Source: an uncultured Gemmatimonadales bacterium (lineage in GTDB: Bacteria > Gemmatimonadota > Gemmatimonadetes > Gemmatimonadales > GWC2-71-9). Taken from it: a DNA stretch of 64,000 nt. The notes under the pieces are model-generated. The model was given only the letters and a program-made list of their open reading frames with translations. It was not told the DNA's origin and did not search any database. Within the stretch, counting starts at the first letter, position 1, and each line of letters opens with the position of its first letter. Both the position numbers and the translations under genes were made by a program. Shown one piece after another: positions 38,438 to 48,048 of this stretch. Location: NCBI GenBank assembly GCA_963825055.1, contig CAWGSK010000011.1:121479-185478 (forward strand), in the 5' to 3' direction.

Positions 38438-39352
38438 ATGAGACGTGTCCCTGCCGCATCCGGGCTCATCCTCGCGGCCTTGGCGACGGCCGCCTGCCAG
38501 TCCACGGATCGTGATGCCGTCGACAAGGCCTCCATGAAGGCCGGGGAGGTCAGTGTGGTGGCAAGGGAGTATGCCTTCGAGGCACCCGATACGATCCCCT
38601 CCGGCTGGACTACCCTTGACTTCGCCAATCATGGGCAGGAACCGCACTTCATGATGTTGACCGAGCTGCCCGACGGACGGACGGCGGAGGACTACCTGCG
38701 TGAGGTCGGCGCGGCATTCGATTCTGCCTGGGCGGCGCTCCAGGCCGGCGCCTCCAAAGCCGATGCCGGCGCCATGATCGGACGGCTCCTGCCCGCATGG
38801 TACGGGGGTGCCAGGGTCATGGGGGGCCCGGGACTCGTTTCGCCAGGGGCCAGTGTCCGGACCACGCTTGACCTCAAACCCGGCACGTACGTGATGGAGT
38901 GCTACGTGAAGACGGCCGACGGACGCTTTCATACCGGCCTTGGCATGCTCCACCAGCTCACCGTCACTGATTCCGCCTCCGGCGCCTCGCCGCCGAAGGG
39001 CGACCTGGCCCTCACCCTGGCGAATGACCGCCTGGACGGACCGGCCTCCGTGACGGCCGGCCAGCACACCGTGGCGGTACACTTCGCCGAGCAGCCGGCG
39101 GTCGGGCTGGGGAATGACGTGCACGTCGCTCGACTGGACTCGACGACCAGTCTGGACACCGTCACGCGCTGGATGGACTGGATGAATGTGGATGGACTGC
39201 GCAGCCCCGCCCCTGTCCCGTTCCTGGGCGGGACCCACGAAATGCCGGCCGGTGACACCGCGTACTTCACGCTGGACCTCTCACCGGGCCGCTACGCCTG
39301 GGTGCCCGAAGCAGGCGACCCGGGGCGAGCAACGGTGTTCACCGTGCACTGA
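38438..39352 (+). CDS. Lipoprotein with tandem cupredoxin-like domains
   Basis: Lipobox ATAAC, EYAF.AP..IPSG, EPH, GTYVMEC....FH..LGM (type-1 Cu pattern). The second repeat is degenerate. Confidence 0.65.
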   Translation: MRRVPAASGLILAALATAACQSTDRDAVDKASMKAGEVSVVAREYAFEAPDTIPSGWTTLDFANHGQEPHFMMLTELPDGRTAEDYLREVGAAFDSAWAALQAGASKADAGAMIGRLLPAWYGGARVMGGPGLVSPGASVRTTLDLKPGTYVMECYVKTADGRFHTGLGMLHQLTVTDSASGASPPKGDLALTLANDRLDGPASVTAGQHTVAVHFAEQPAVGLGNDVHVARLDSTTSLDTVTRWMDWMNVDGLRSPAPVPFLGGTHEMPAGDTAYFTLDLSPGRYAWVPEAGDPGRATVFTVH

Positions 39353-39416
39353 CCGGAAGGCAACCGCGGCGGCAGGCGATCCCGCCTGTCCCCGCGCTCC
39401 GGGTGAGGCTGAAACC

Positions 39417-39896
39417 ATGGAACTGCGTTCACCGGCTTTCCACGAGGGGAACCCGATTCCCGTCCGGCATACCTGTGACGGCGATGGCCGGTCGCCACCC
39501 CTCGACTGGTCCGGCGTCCCTGCCGGAAGCCGGAGCCTGGTACTCATCGTTGACGACCCCGACGCGCCCGATCCGGCCGCCCCGAAGCGCACCTGGGTCC
39601 ACTGGATCCGCTACAACCTTCCGGCTGGTTCAACCGGGCTTCCCGAGGCCGCCGGAAACCATCCCGCGGACCCACCGGCCCTCGACGCGATAACCGATAA
39701 CGGCCGCCGCGGGTATCACGGTCCCTGCCCCCCCGTCGGCCGGCACCGCTATTTCTTCCGCCTCCTCGCGCTCGATACGGTCCTCCCGGACCTGGGCCCC
39801 GACGCGCGCCGCGGCAACGTCGAGCGGGCCGTGCAGGGTCACATATTAGGCCAGGCGGAACTGATGGGAACGTATGGACCCCGGGAAGGCAACTGA
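39417..39896 (+). CDS. YbhB/YbcL (PEBP/Raf kinase inhibitor-like) protein
   Basis: SPPL.W, DDPDAP, WVHW, GPCPP.GRHRY.F. Confidence 0.92.
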   Translation: MELRSPAFHEGNPIPVRHTCDGDGRSPPLDWSGVPAGSRSLVLIVDDPDAPDPAAPKRTWVHWIRYNLPAGSTGLPEAAGNHPADPPALDAITDNGRRGYHGPCPPVGRHRYFFRLLALDTVLPDLGPDARRGNVERAVQGHILGQAELMGTYGPREGN

Positions 39897-39991
39897 CTTG
39901 TCCTGTTTTCCGGAGACTGGACGGGAACGAAGTTTCGGGTATATGCTCGGTCTCCCGCCACTCATCAGCCTTGACCCGGAAGAGCCACCTT

Positions 39992-40393
39992 ATGGAACAC
40001 GCCACCGGCACCTTTGAGCCAACCATCACCCCGCAACCGGGGACTGCACTGGATGGTGACGCCGCGATCGGCCGGCTCGTGCTCAGCAAGACATTTCAGG
40101 GAGACCTGGAGGGGAAGGGCAGCGGACAGATGCTGGCTGCACGGACGGCGGTCGAGGGCTCCGCGGGCTATGTGGCGCTCGAGCGGGTGACGGGAACGCT
40201 CCAGGGCCGTTCGGGGTCCTTCGTCCTGCAGCACCATGGCGTGATGCAGCGGGGCACACCAACCCTCTCCGTCACGGTCGTGCCTGATTCGGGCACGGAT
40301 GGGCTGGCCGGTCTCAGCGGTTCGATGGAGATCATCGTTATGGACGGACATCATTCCTACGAGTTCACGTACACCCTTCCGGCCGCGTCCTGA
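39992..40393 (+). CDS. DUF3224-domain protein
   Basis: KTFQGDLEG, GSAGYVALE.VTG.L.GRSGSFVLQH, VVPDSGT..L.GLSG. Confidence 0.88.
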   Translation: MEHATGTFEPTITPQPGTALDGDAAIGRLVLSKTFQGDLEGKGSGQMLAARTAVEGSAGYVALERVTGTLQGRSGSFVLQHHGVMQRGTPTLSVTVVPDSGTDGLAGLSGSMEIIVMDGHHSYEFTYTLPAAS

Positions 40394-40406
40394 TCCCTGC
40401 TTCCCC

Positions 40407-40925
40407 ATGGCCTTTCCGGAATCCTTCCGCACAGCCCGGCTCTACGCCGAGCGACTCCGCCCCGAGGACGAGGCGGACATCCACCGGATGCACCAGGATC
40501 CGGTGCAGATGGTAATGCTCGGGGGTGTGCGCGACGCGGAGTCCACGGCAGCGTACATGGAGGTCAACCTCCGGCACTGGGACGAGCACGGCCACGGAAT
40601 CTGGCTGCTTCGTGACGCGGAGGGAGAGGTACTGGGACGGGTCCTCCTGCGTCACCTCGAGATCGAGGGGAACGACGAGGTCGAGGTCGGCTACAGCCTG
40701 ATGCCGCATGTCTGGGGACAGGGCCTGGCGCCGGAGGCGTCGGCTGCGTGCCTCCGCTATGGGTTCCACCGCCTGGGACTCGACTCGATCATCGCCATCA
40801 CCCTCGCGGAGAACCAGCAATCGCGCAGGGTGATGGAAAAGCTCGGCATGACGTACGAACGCGACGTGGTCCATGCGGACCTGCCGCACGTGCTCTACCG
40901 GATCCGAAGGGACGCCGGCCGGTGA
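40407..40925 (+). CDS. GNAT N-acetyltransferase (RimJ/RimL-like)
   Basis: TARL, EVEVGY, WGQGLA.E, ENQQSRRVMEKLGM. Confidence 0.88.
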   Translation: MAFPESFRTARLYAERLRPEDEADIHRMHQDPVQMVMLGGVRDAESTAAYMEVNLRHWDEHGHGIWLLRDAEGEVLGRVLLRHLEIEGNDEVEVGYSLMPHVWGQGLAPEASAACLRYGFHRLGLDSIIAITLAENQQSRRVMEKLGMTYERDVVHADLPHVLYRIRRDAGR

Positions 40926-41347
40926 AGGTTCGCCCGTTCGCCGCAACCGACCTTCCCGGGTGGAAGCGGATGCGCACCGCCTTGTGGGCGGACCAGACGG
41001 AGCGCGACATGCACCGCTGGCTGGAGCGGACGGACGCGGTCACGCTGGTGGCGGAGCTTCCCGACGGCGGGCTTGCCGGGTTCGCCGAGGCAGGCGAACG
41101 CTCCTGGGCCGAGGGAGCCGTCGAAGGACCCGTGGCCTACCTGGAAGGGTGGTACGTCGAGCCCGAATGGCGCGGCCAGGGCATCGGCTCAGCCCTGGTT
41201 CGCGGCGTGGAGACATGGGCTCGCAAGCGAGGCTATCGCGATCTCTGTTCGGACACCAGCCCGGAGAATCCGGTGTCATTGCGGTCGCACCTTCAACTGG
41301 GCTTCCTGGAGGTCGACAGGGCCGTCCTCTTTCATAAGGCCCTCTGA
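40922..41347 (+). CDS. GNAT resembling aminoglycoside 6'-N-acetyltransferase type I
   Basis: W..MR.ALW, GFAE...R..AEG....PVAYLEGWYV, SDT...N..S...H..LGF.EV. GTGA overlap. Confidence 0.75.
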   Translation: MKVRPFAATDLPGWKRMRTALWADQTERDMHRWLERTDAVTLVAELPDGGLAGFAEAGERSWAEGAVEGPVAYLEGWYVEPEWRGQGIGSALVRGVETWARKRGYRDLCSDTSPENPVSLRSHLQLGFLEVDRAVLFHKAL

Positions 41348-41439
41348 TACCGGGTGGGTGCAGGATCCCGCACCATGATGGGCATGCCGATTGCGATTCG
41401 GACCCCGGGGACAGCTCATTATTCCGCCCGGGAGCGCCT

Positions 41440-41787
41440 GTGTCTCGAAGGATTTTGCAGTTGCTGTTATTCGCCGCCCTCCTTACGGCCGGCGCCGCGT
41501 TCGCCGGTCCACTGGCAGCGCAGGCAAAACCGAAGCATTATGCCACGACCACGGACCGGGCGATTGCGATCACCCGGGAAGTCCTGGTCAAGCAGGGCTA
41601 CGAGGTCGTGAAGATCGAAACGGACCACGACCGCCAGGTGGTCTGGTACCGGAGCGGGAATCGCGGCCGGGGCAAGGGTAAGGGCAAGCTGGAAAAGATG
41701 ATCATCACGCGGGAGAAGGACCGCGTAATCTTCGTGGAAACGCCGCCGGCGATCATGGTGGATATTGACGTGCGGCTGCGCCTCTGA
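41440..41787 (+). CDS. Hypothetical secreted protein
   Basis: Signal peptide ending LAAQ, VLVKQGYEVV, GRGKGKG. Followed by a terminator. Confidence 0.7.
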   Translation: MSRRILQLLLFAALLTAGAAFAGPLAAQAKPKHYATTTDRAIAITREVLVKQGYEVVKIETDHDRQVVWYRSGNRGRGKGKGKLEKMIITREKDRVIFVETPPAIMVDIDVRLRL

Positions 41788-41810
41788 CGTGTGGTACCGG
41801 TCCGAACCGG

Positions 41811-41844
41811 AGGCCCGGGACGCACCGTCCCGGGCCTTTTCTCT
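41811..41844 (+). terminator. Intrinsic terminator
   Basis: AGGCCCGGGACG-CAC-CGTCCCGGGCCT-TTTCTCT. Confidence 0.8.
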
Positions 41845-41853
41845 GGGGAGTCC

Positions 41854-42306
41854 ATGGAGATTCGTACCGCACGGGCGGACGAGGCCGCCCCCATCGCACA
41901 ACTCGCCGGCCAGCTGGGATACCCCGTGGCCCCGGAAGCTATCCGGGAGCGGCTGACCCGCCTGCTGGTCGACCCTGTCCACTGCGTGCTCGTCGCGGCC
42001 GAGCCTGACGGTACCCTGCTCGGCTGGATCCACGCGGCGGAAAGCTGCCCGCTCGAGTACGGCCCGCGCGCCGAGATCCTGGGCCTGGTAGTCGACGATA
42101 CCGCCCGGAGGCGTGGCATCGGACGCCAACTCGTGGATGCGGTCGAGGCCTGGGCGGCCGGCCGGCGGCTGCCGGAGCTCGCCGTCCGGAGTAACGCGCG
42201 CCGCTCGGAATCGCACCCGTTCTACGCGCGACTCGGGTTCACCCGGCTCAAGACCCAGCACGTCTACCGGCGGCCGATCGCCCCGGAAGGCATCCCGGCG
42301 GCTTGA
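41854..42306 (+). CDS. GNAT N-acetyltransferase
   Basis: QLGYP, LVVD..ARRRGIG, VRSN..R..SH.FY..LGF. Confidence 0.88.
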   Translation: MEIRTARADEAAPIAQLAGQLGYPVAPEAIRERLTRLLVDPVHCVLVAAEPDGTLLGWIHAAESCPLEYGPRAEILGLVVDDTARRRGIGRQLVDAVEAWAAGRRLPELAVRSNARRSESHPFYARLGFTRLKTQHVYRRPIAPEGIPAA

Positions 42307-42377
42307 CCGCTCGACCCGGCCCTCTTCCCACTGTTACGTTCCCGCATGCGCTTTCCCGATACCCCCGCCCCTGACCC

Positions 42378-42788
42378 ATGATCATGTCACTCGGCCACGA
42401 GGTTGCCAGCCTGTTCCTGCTTGCGATCCCCATCGCGTGCATCAGCTGGACGGTGACTCACGAGGAGGTGTTCCGGGAGCCCCGGGAATTCTGCGAACGA
42501 AAAAGCCGTACCTGCCGCCACGTGGTCCAGCGGAAATTCTTCTACGTCTTCACCTGCGAGTACTGCTTCAGCCACTACGTGACGATCCTGGCGCTGATGG
42601 CGACGGATTTTCGCCTGCTCTACGCCGACTGGCGAGGGCTCGTTGCCGGGGGCTTCGCGCTGGTCTGGGTCGCCAACATCTACATGAGTCTTTTCGGGCG
42701 ACTCCGGCTGGACATCAGGCATGAACGGGATGAAATCGCCCTGGATGAAGCGGTCCTGAAGGAGGGTGGGGACGGCGATGTACCATAG
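42378..42788 (+). CDS. Hypothetical membrane protein with CxxC
   Basis: SWTVTHEEVFRE, FYVFTCEYCFSHYV; three hydrophobic segments. Confidence 0.7.
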   Translation: MIMSLGHEVASLFLLAIPIACISWTVTHEEVFREPREFCERKSRTCRHVVQRKFFYVFTCEYCFSHYVTILALMATDFRLLYADWRGLVAGGFALVWVANIYMSLFGRLRLDIRHERDEIALDEAVLKEGGDGDVP

Positions 42789-42832
42789 GGCGGGCCGGGA
42801 ACAAACAAACGTTCTCGATTGTTACTTAGAGT

Positions 42833-43285
42833 ATGAGTGATTCTACGCCTTCATCCCGAACGGGCAGCTCCATCGAGCCCGGAACGATGGTCCTCCTTTC
42901 TACGGAATTTCCGGCGGCCCTGGAGGCCACCAAGTCGGCTCTCAAAGCCGAGGGGTTCGGCGTGCTGACTGAGATCGATCTTCGCGCGGCATTCCAGGAG
43001 AAGCTCGGGCGGGCGTTCCGGCCCTACGTGATTCTCGGCGCCTGCAACCCGCCGCTCGCCTACAAGGCCATCTCGGCGGCACCGGACGTGGGGCTGATGC
43101 TGCCCTGCAATGTGACCGTCGAGGAAAGCCCCGCGGGCGGGAGCATTGTGCGGCTGGTGGACCCGGAGATCATGCTCTCCGCGGGGAACCTCGCGGAACG
43201 CCCCGAGTTGCGGGAAGTTGCCGCGGACGCGGGCAGCCGTCTCCAGCGTGTGGCCGCGCGGCTCAGGCAGGAGGAAACGGTCTGA
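42833..43285 (+). CDS. DUF302-domain protein
   Basis: LKAEGFGVLTEID, YVILGACNP, GLMLPCNV. Confidence 0.9.
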   Translation: MSDSTPSSRTGSSIEPGTMVLLSTEFPAALEATKSALKAEGFGVLTEIDLRAAFQEKLGRAFRPYVILGACNPPLAYKAISAAPDVGLMLPCNVTVEESPAGGSIVRLVDPEIMLSAGNLAERPELREVAADAGSRLQRVAARLRQEETV

Positions 43286-43373
43286 GTACGGGAGCGCGTC
43301 ACCAGCACGGAACTTGCACGATCGTGAGGTCCGTGACGAGTTTTTCTGGCACCACTTCAACCACTGCGAGCGA

Positions 43374-44072
43374 ATGAAGTCTGGACACCTTCTCCGCCTT
43401 TTCCTGGCGGTCAGCATTTTTCCGGTCATGGGCGTGGTATCGGGCGGCCACCCCCCGGCGGAAGCGCCGCCGGAGGTCGCGGGTCACACGGCCACCGATT
43501 CCCTCCCCTCGGATGGGCTGGTGCTCGCCGGCACGCGTGACGGGCTTTCTCCTGAAGCCCTGAAGGCGGGCGTTTCGGCGTGGTGGGAAGCCATGCAGGG
43601 CGGCCTCACCAGCAGAAGCATCCTGACCATCATCGATTACACCCTCCCCAGCGCTGAGCCCCGGCTCTGGGTCCTGGATCTGGACGCCGATTCCGTCCTC
43701 GCCCACGAACTGGTGGCCCATGGACGCGGCAGTGGCAACGCGATGGCCACCCGGTTCTCTAACCGTCCCGGCAGCAACGCAACCAGCCTGGGAGCGTTTC
43801 TCACGGCCTCCACCTATCAGGGAAGCCACGGACTGTCCCTCCGCCTCGAGGGCCTTGAGCCGGGCCGGAACGATCGCGCGATGGAGCGCGCCATCGTGAT
43901 TCACGGCGCCTGGTACGTAAGCCCCGACGTCGTCGCCGCCCAGGGGAGACTGGGCCGGAGTCTGGGGTGCCCCGCCCTCAGTGAAGACGCTGCACCGCGG
44001 GTGATCGACCTCATCCGGGGCGGAACCGTCGTTTATGCGTGGCATGCCCCGGCACCCGCCAGTACCTCCTGA
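43374..44072 (+). CDS. Murein L,D-transpeptidase catalytic-domain (YkuD_2-type) protein
   Basis: IIDYTLPS, VAHGRGSG, FSN, SLG, RAIVIHGA.Y, GRSLGCPA. Confidence 0.88.
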   Translation: MKSGHLLRLFLAVSIFPVMGVVSGGHPPAEAPPEVAGHTATDSLPSDGLVLAGTRDGLSPEALKAGVSAWWEAMQGGLTSRSILTIIDYTLPSAEPRLWVLDLDADSVLAHELVAHGRGSGNAMATRFSNRPGSNATSLGAFLTASTYQGSHGLSLRLEGLEPGRNDRAMERAIVIHGAWYVSPDVVAAQGRLGRSLGCPALSEDAAPRVIDLIRGGTVVYAWHAPAPASTS

Positions 44073-44160
44073 ACGTCTCAACTTGAAACACCTGGCACGA
44101 CATCTCCGTAGGTGAAGGACCGCGGGCCATCCGCCCGACTGTCCTTCACTGGAGGCTGCC

Positions 44161-44430
44161 ATGGAAGACTTCCTGTTCCTGTTCCTGCTGGGCTCGGTCG
44201 TGGTCCTGGCGTTCGGATTTTTCCGTCTCGCCCTCAGGGCACTGGCGTCCAGGCCGGATCGCCTCGAAGAGCGGGAGGCCCTGCGCCGGCTCACCAGCGG
44301 TCTGGAGTCCATGCAGGCCGAAATCACCCGCCTGGCCCAGAACCAGGAAACGCTGACCCGGGTCCTCAGCAACAATGTTCCGTCCCGCCGCCCTCCCGTC
44401 GTGTCGCAGCCCGAAATCACGCCGCACTGA
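44161..44430 (+). CDS. Small membrane-anchored coiled-coil protein
   Basis: GGAGG RBS, N-terminal TM, EITRLAQNQETLTRVL; ends at a terminator. Confidence 0.65.
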   Translation: MEDFLFLFLLGSVVVLAFGFFRLALRALASRPDRLEEREALRRLTSGLESMQAEITRLAQNQETLTRVLSNNVPSRRPPVVSQPEITPH

Positions 44431-44437
44431 AGAAAAT

Positions 44438-44473
44438 GAAGAACCGGCGGGCCACGTGCCCCGCCGGTTCTTC
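44438..44473. terminator. Hairpin terminator between convergent genes
   Basis: 14-bp stem GAAGAACCGGCGGG/CCCGCCGGTTCTTC. Confidence 0.75.
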
Positions 44474-44493
44474 CTGCCCTGCCTGCCGGAAGA

Positions 44494-44946
44494 CTACGGT
44501 GTGATCTTCTGGTTCCTCGGATCGTCCTGGGCCCGGACGTACGTAATGGCAAACGGCCCCTTCCCGTGCACCTGCACGACCGACTTCTCCTGCGCCACCG
44601 CGAAATGGTGGGCCTTCGCCGGGGCGGTCATGAATCCGCCGGCCCCAAGCCTCATCCCACCCGCGACGTTCACCGAGTCTCCCATTCCCAGCACGAGGGA
44701 GCCGGAGAGCACCGTGACGTGCTCGTCCTCGGGGTGCCAGTGCGGCGCAATGGTGTAGCCGGCCGGCATCTCGAGCCGCACGGTGTAGACCCCGTCGGCG
44801 GATGGATCGCCCTGCACTACGGCAAACCGCACGCCCGCGGGGAAGAACGGTGGGCCCGGACCCCATTCGGGGGCGGGGGCGGCCTGCTGGGCCGCGAGGG
44901 GTGCCGCCACCAGCATGGTGGCAAGCGCAAGCCAGGACGTACGCAT
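44494..44946 (-). CDS. Secreted cupin-domain protein
   Basis: Signal peptide, GDP, PAGY.IAPHWHP.DEHVTVLSG, HHFA. Confidence 0.85.
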   Translation of the reverse strand: MRTSWLALATMLVAAPLAAQQAAPAPEWGPGPPFFPAGVRFAVVQGDPSADGVYTVRLEMPAGYTIAPHWHPEDEHVTVLSGSLVLGMGDSVNVAGGMRLGAGGFMTAPAKAHHFAVAQEKSVVQVHGKGPFAITYVRAQDDPRNQKITP

Positions 44947-45106
44947 GGGTCCTCCTTCCAAGTCGAATCCGCCTCCGTCCGGGGCGGCCGGCCGGCGGTG
45001 ATCGGACGATACATATACCCCGTCCTCTCACGGCGGGCAACTCCGGGGAATCCCACCGACAGCCCCGGGCCGTGTATCATCCGGTGGCAGCGCATTGGGA
45101 GGGTCG

Positions 45107-46948
45107 ATGTCGGTGGAAAGCGAAGACGGCACGCCGGGACTGGACAGCTTGCCCGGGCCATGGTGGTTCGTCCCGGCCCTCGCCCTTGCGATGTCCCTCG
45201 GGACCGGGCTCCTCGAGGTTCCCGCCGCCCTGCTGCGGCGGGAGCTCCTGCTCGTGCCCGTCGGCGGAAACGAGCACATCGTCTGGATGGCCCCAGTGGC
45301 CGATCTCGTGCTTCTGGCGTTTCCGGCTCTTCTTATCTGGGGCATCCACCGGCGGTGGCCGGATCGCCGCGTCGAGCGGGTCATCACCCTCCTGTTCTTC
45401 ACGTTCGCCGCGTTTGCGCTGTTGCGCTATTTCTCCCGGGCCTGGACCTGGGCGCTCCTGATCCTGGCAGTCGGCATCGCGACCCAACTCTCCGCGGCCG
45501 CCCTGCGCCGGCGCCGCGGCTTCCACCGACTCGTCAGGCGGCTGGCTGCCGCCCTCGCGGGGGCCGTCCTGCTCGCAGCAGCCGCCGCCTTCGCCTGGGC
45601 CCCGCTTCGCGAATGGCGTATGGAGCGCACGCTCCGCCCCGCGCCTGCGGACGCACCCAATATCCTCCTCCTCGTGCTGGACACCGTGCGCGCCAGGAGC
45701 CTGGGTCTCTACGGGTACGATCGCCCCACCACGCCGGTGCTGGACTCCCTCGCGACCTCGAGTACCGTGTTCGAGAACGCCGTGGCCACGTCCTCCTGGA
45801 CCCTGCCGTCGCATGCCGGGATGTTCACAGGCCGCTGGCCCCACGAGTTGAACGCCGGGTTCCGCACGCCCCTCGATGACCGGTGGCCCACCCTGGCGGA
45901 GGCGCTGGCGCGCCGCGGCTACCTGACGGCCGGCTTCTCCGCCAATACGAAATACGCCAGCTACGAGCACGGCCTGGATCGCGGGTTCGCGCGTTTCGAG
46001 GACTATGCGATTACTCCCGGGCAGGTCATGACCAGCTCGTCGCTCGGCGGCATGCTCGTCTGGCAACCGTGGTTCCAGGACCTGATCGGCTATCATGACC
46101 TCTACGGCCGGCAGCACGCCGGAACCGTGGTGGACAACTTCCTGGGATGGGAGGGGAGGCGCGCTGGCAGGCGGCCGTACTTCGCGTTCATCAACCTGTA
46201 CGATGCCCACCAGCCGGTCCTGGCGCCCGCCCCATGGGACCGGATGTTCATGCCCGACGGCCGGCGGTTCCACCCCTACCCCGCCTGGCCCGACGTCACA
46301 CCGGAAAAGATGCAACTCGCGCATGATGCCCAGGACGGCGTGATCGCATACCTGGACCACGAGATCGGGCGGCTCGCTGCCACCCTGCGCGAACGCGGGG
46401 AACTGGATCACACACTTCTGATCATCACCAGCGACCACGGCGAGCAGTTCGGGGAACACGACATCGCCGGGCACGGGAACACCCTCTACCGCCCCCTGCT
46501 CGACATTCCCCTCCTCATGCGCCTGCCGGGCGCGGTGCCGGCCGGCCTCCGGGTGGCCGGGCCCGTCACCCTGCAGGACCTTCCCGCCACCATCCTCGAC
46601 CTGGCCGGCCTGCCGAACGACACATTCCCGGGGCACTCCCTGGCCGCCCTGTGGCGTGACGGCGCATCGGCGTCGCGATCCCCGATCCTGGCTGAGCTCA
46701 CCTGGCCCAACGGCGAAATTGCCTACGCCCTGCGCATGGAGGGTCGCGTGCTCATCGACTGGTTCGGGGGGAAGCACGAGTTCTATGACCTGCGTTCGGA
46801 TCCGGCCGAAACACGCAACTTGCTGGAAACGGCCGACAGCGCAGCCGTCGGGCGCTGGCGCCTCCGGATGGACAGCCTGGTGGGCGACGTCGCGCGCGGG
46901 TTAGAGGTCGGCAGGCTGCAGGCGTTTCTCACGGGCATCGGGCGGTGA
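45107..46948 (+). CDS. Membrane-anchored sulfatase-like (alkaline phosphatase superfamily) hydrolase/transferase
   Basis: Five N-terminal TM helices, PNILLLVLDTVRA, WTLPSH..MFTG, DAHQP, TSDHGE, GHG. Confidence 0.85.
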   Translation: MSVESEDGTPGLDSLPGPWWFVPALALAMSLGTGLLEVPAALLRRELLLVPVGGNEHIVWMAPVADLVLLAFPALLIWGIHRRWPDRRVERVITLLFFTFAAFALLRYFSRAWTWALLILAVGIATQLSAAALRRRRGFHRLVRRLAAALAGAVLLAAAAAFAWAPLREWRMERTLRPAPADAPNILLLVLDTVRARSLGLYGYDRPTTPVLDSLATSSTVFENAVATSSWTLPSHAGMFTGRWPHELNAGFRTPLDDRWPTLAEALARRGYLTAGFSANTKYASYEHGLDRGFARFEDYAITPGQVMTSSSLGGMLVWQPWFQDLIGYHDLYGRQHAGTVVDNFLGWEGRRAGRRPYFAFINLYDAHQPVLAPAPWDRMFMPDGRRFHPYPAWPDVTPEKMQLAHDAQDGVIAYLDHEIGRLAATLRERGELDHTLLIITSDHGEQFGEHDIAGHGNTLYRPLLDIPLLMRLPGAVPAGLRVAGPVTLQDLPATILDLAGLPNDTFPGHSLAALWRDGASASRSPILAELTWPNGEIAYALRMEGRVLIDWFGGKHEFYDLRSDPAETRNLLETADSAAVGRWRLRMDSLVGDVARGLEVGRLQAFLTGIGR

Positions 46949-47439
46949 GTGATATCCACATCCGGGGGGCCACGGAGGCCGACCTGCCGGCCATTCACGC
47001 GCTCAACGAGGCCGCGGTCCCGAACATGAGCCGTGTGCCCGCAGCCTTCTTCCAGCCGTGGATCCACCGCGCCGCGTGGTTCGCGGTGGCGGAGGTGGAC
47101 CACGCCGTGGACGGATTTCTGCTGGTGATGGGACCGGGCGCTCCGTATGACAGCCCCAATTACCGGTGGTTCGAGGAGCGGTGTGCCGACCACTGGTACG
47201 TTGACCGGATCGCTGTTGCCGACCACCGGCGGAGCCGGGGCCTCGGGCGGGAGTTGTATGCGGACCTGTTCCGCCGGGCCCGGGAGGCCGGGACCGCACG
47301 CATTACCTGTGAAGTGAACGTCCGCCCGCCCAATCCACGGTCGGTCGCCTTTCACCGGCGGGAAGGATTCGTCGAGGTGGGCCGGCTGATGCTGGACCAC
47401 GGGGCCAAGGAGGTCGTGCTGCTCGAGCGCCCGCTCTGA
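46945..47439 (+). CDS. GNAT N-acetyltransferase
   Basis: YDSPNYRWF, YVDRIAV, RGLGR.LY, CEVN.RPPN..S..FH. Confidence 0.85.
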   Translation: MSDIHIRGATEADLPAIHALNEAAVPNMSRVPAAFFQPWIHRAAWFAVAEVDHAVDGFLLVMGPGAPYDSPNYRWFEERCADHWYVDRIAVADHRRSRGLGRELYADLFRRAREAGTARITCEVNVRPPNPRSVAFHRREGFVEVGRLMLDHGAKEVVLLERPL

Positions 47440-47523
47440 CGTTCCACTTGGCGAGAGCTGGCCGGTCGGTGCATACTACTGTCCGGCCCCGACACCACAC
47501 CGCCTCTTCCCCCGGAGACGGCC

Positions 47524-48048
47524 CTGCCCGACCTGCGATTCCCCATTGGCCCGTTCACATTCCCCGGCGCCCTCGCTCCGGAGGCCCGCGCGCGGGCGAT
47601 CGCACGGATTGCCGAGGCGCCGGACCGGCTGCGTGACGCCGTCCGCGGCCTGACGGAGCCGCAGCTCGACACACCATACCGGCCCGCGGGATGGACGGTG
47701 CGACAGGTCGTCCACCACCTGCCAGACAGTCACGTCAACAGCTACGTCAGGCTCAAGCTCGCGCTGACCGAGGAATCGCCGGCCATCCGGCCCTATGACG
47801 AAGCGCGCTGGGCCATGTTACCGGACGCGACGGCTCCCCTGGAACTGTCGCTCGACCTGCTCGAGCACCTGCATGCGCGCTGGCTGTATCTCTGGCGGCG
47901 CCTGACGGAAGGCGAGTGGGCGCGGACGCTCCTGCATCCCGACCTCGGCCCGATGCGGGTGGACGAACTCCTGGCGCTCTACGCCTGGCACGGCGCGCAT
48001 CACGTCGCCCACATCACCTCGCTCCGACTGCGCAAGGGTTGGTCATGA
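47524..48048 (+). CDS. YfiT/BstA-type DinB metal-dependent thiol transferase/hydrolase (apparent CTG start)
   Basis: DLRFPIG, LDTPYR..GWTVRQVVHHLPDSH, KLALTE, YAWHG.HHVAHI. The N-terminal motif lies upstream of the first standard start codon. Confidence 0.82.
   Translation: MPDLRFPIGPFTFPGALAPEARARAIARIAEAPDRLRDAVRGLTEPQLDTPYRPAGWTVRQVVHHLPDSHVNSYVRLKLALTEESPAIRPYDEARWAMLPDATAPLELSLDLLEHLHARWLYLWRRLTEGEWARTLLHPDLGPMRVDELLALYAWHGAHHVAHITSLRLRKGWS

Noticed and set aside
37697..39238. 886-aa version of the BNR protein as a novel fusion
   Set aside because: The extension is antisense to two credible plus-strand genes; the true start is MSRVRLL at 37696 with a GGAGG RBS.
39905..39960. Possible structured RNA (GGAGAC...GTCTCC) upstream of the DUF3224 gene
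   Set aside because: Only a short closing stem; no recognisable riboswitch consensus or terminator.
42795..42830. SOS-box-like GAAC...GTTC upstream of the DUF302 gene
   Set aside because: Spacing is N8 (or N4 with a mismatch), single occurrence, and the downstream gene is not repair-related.
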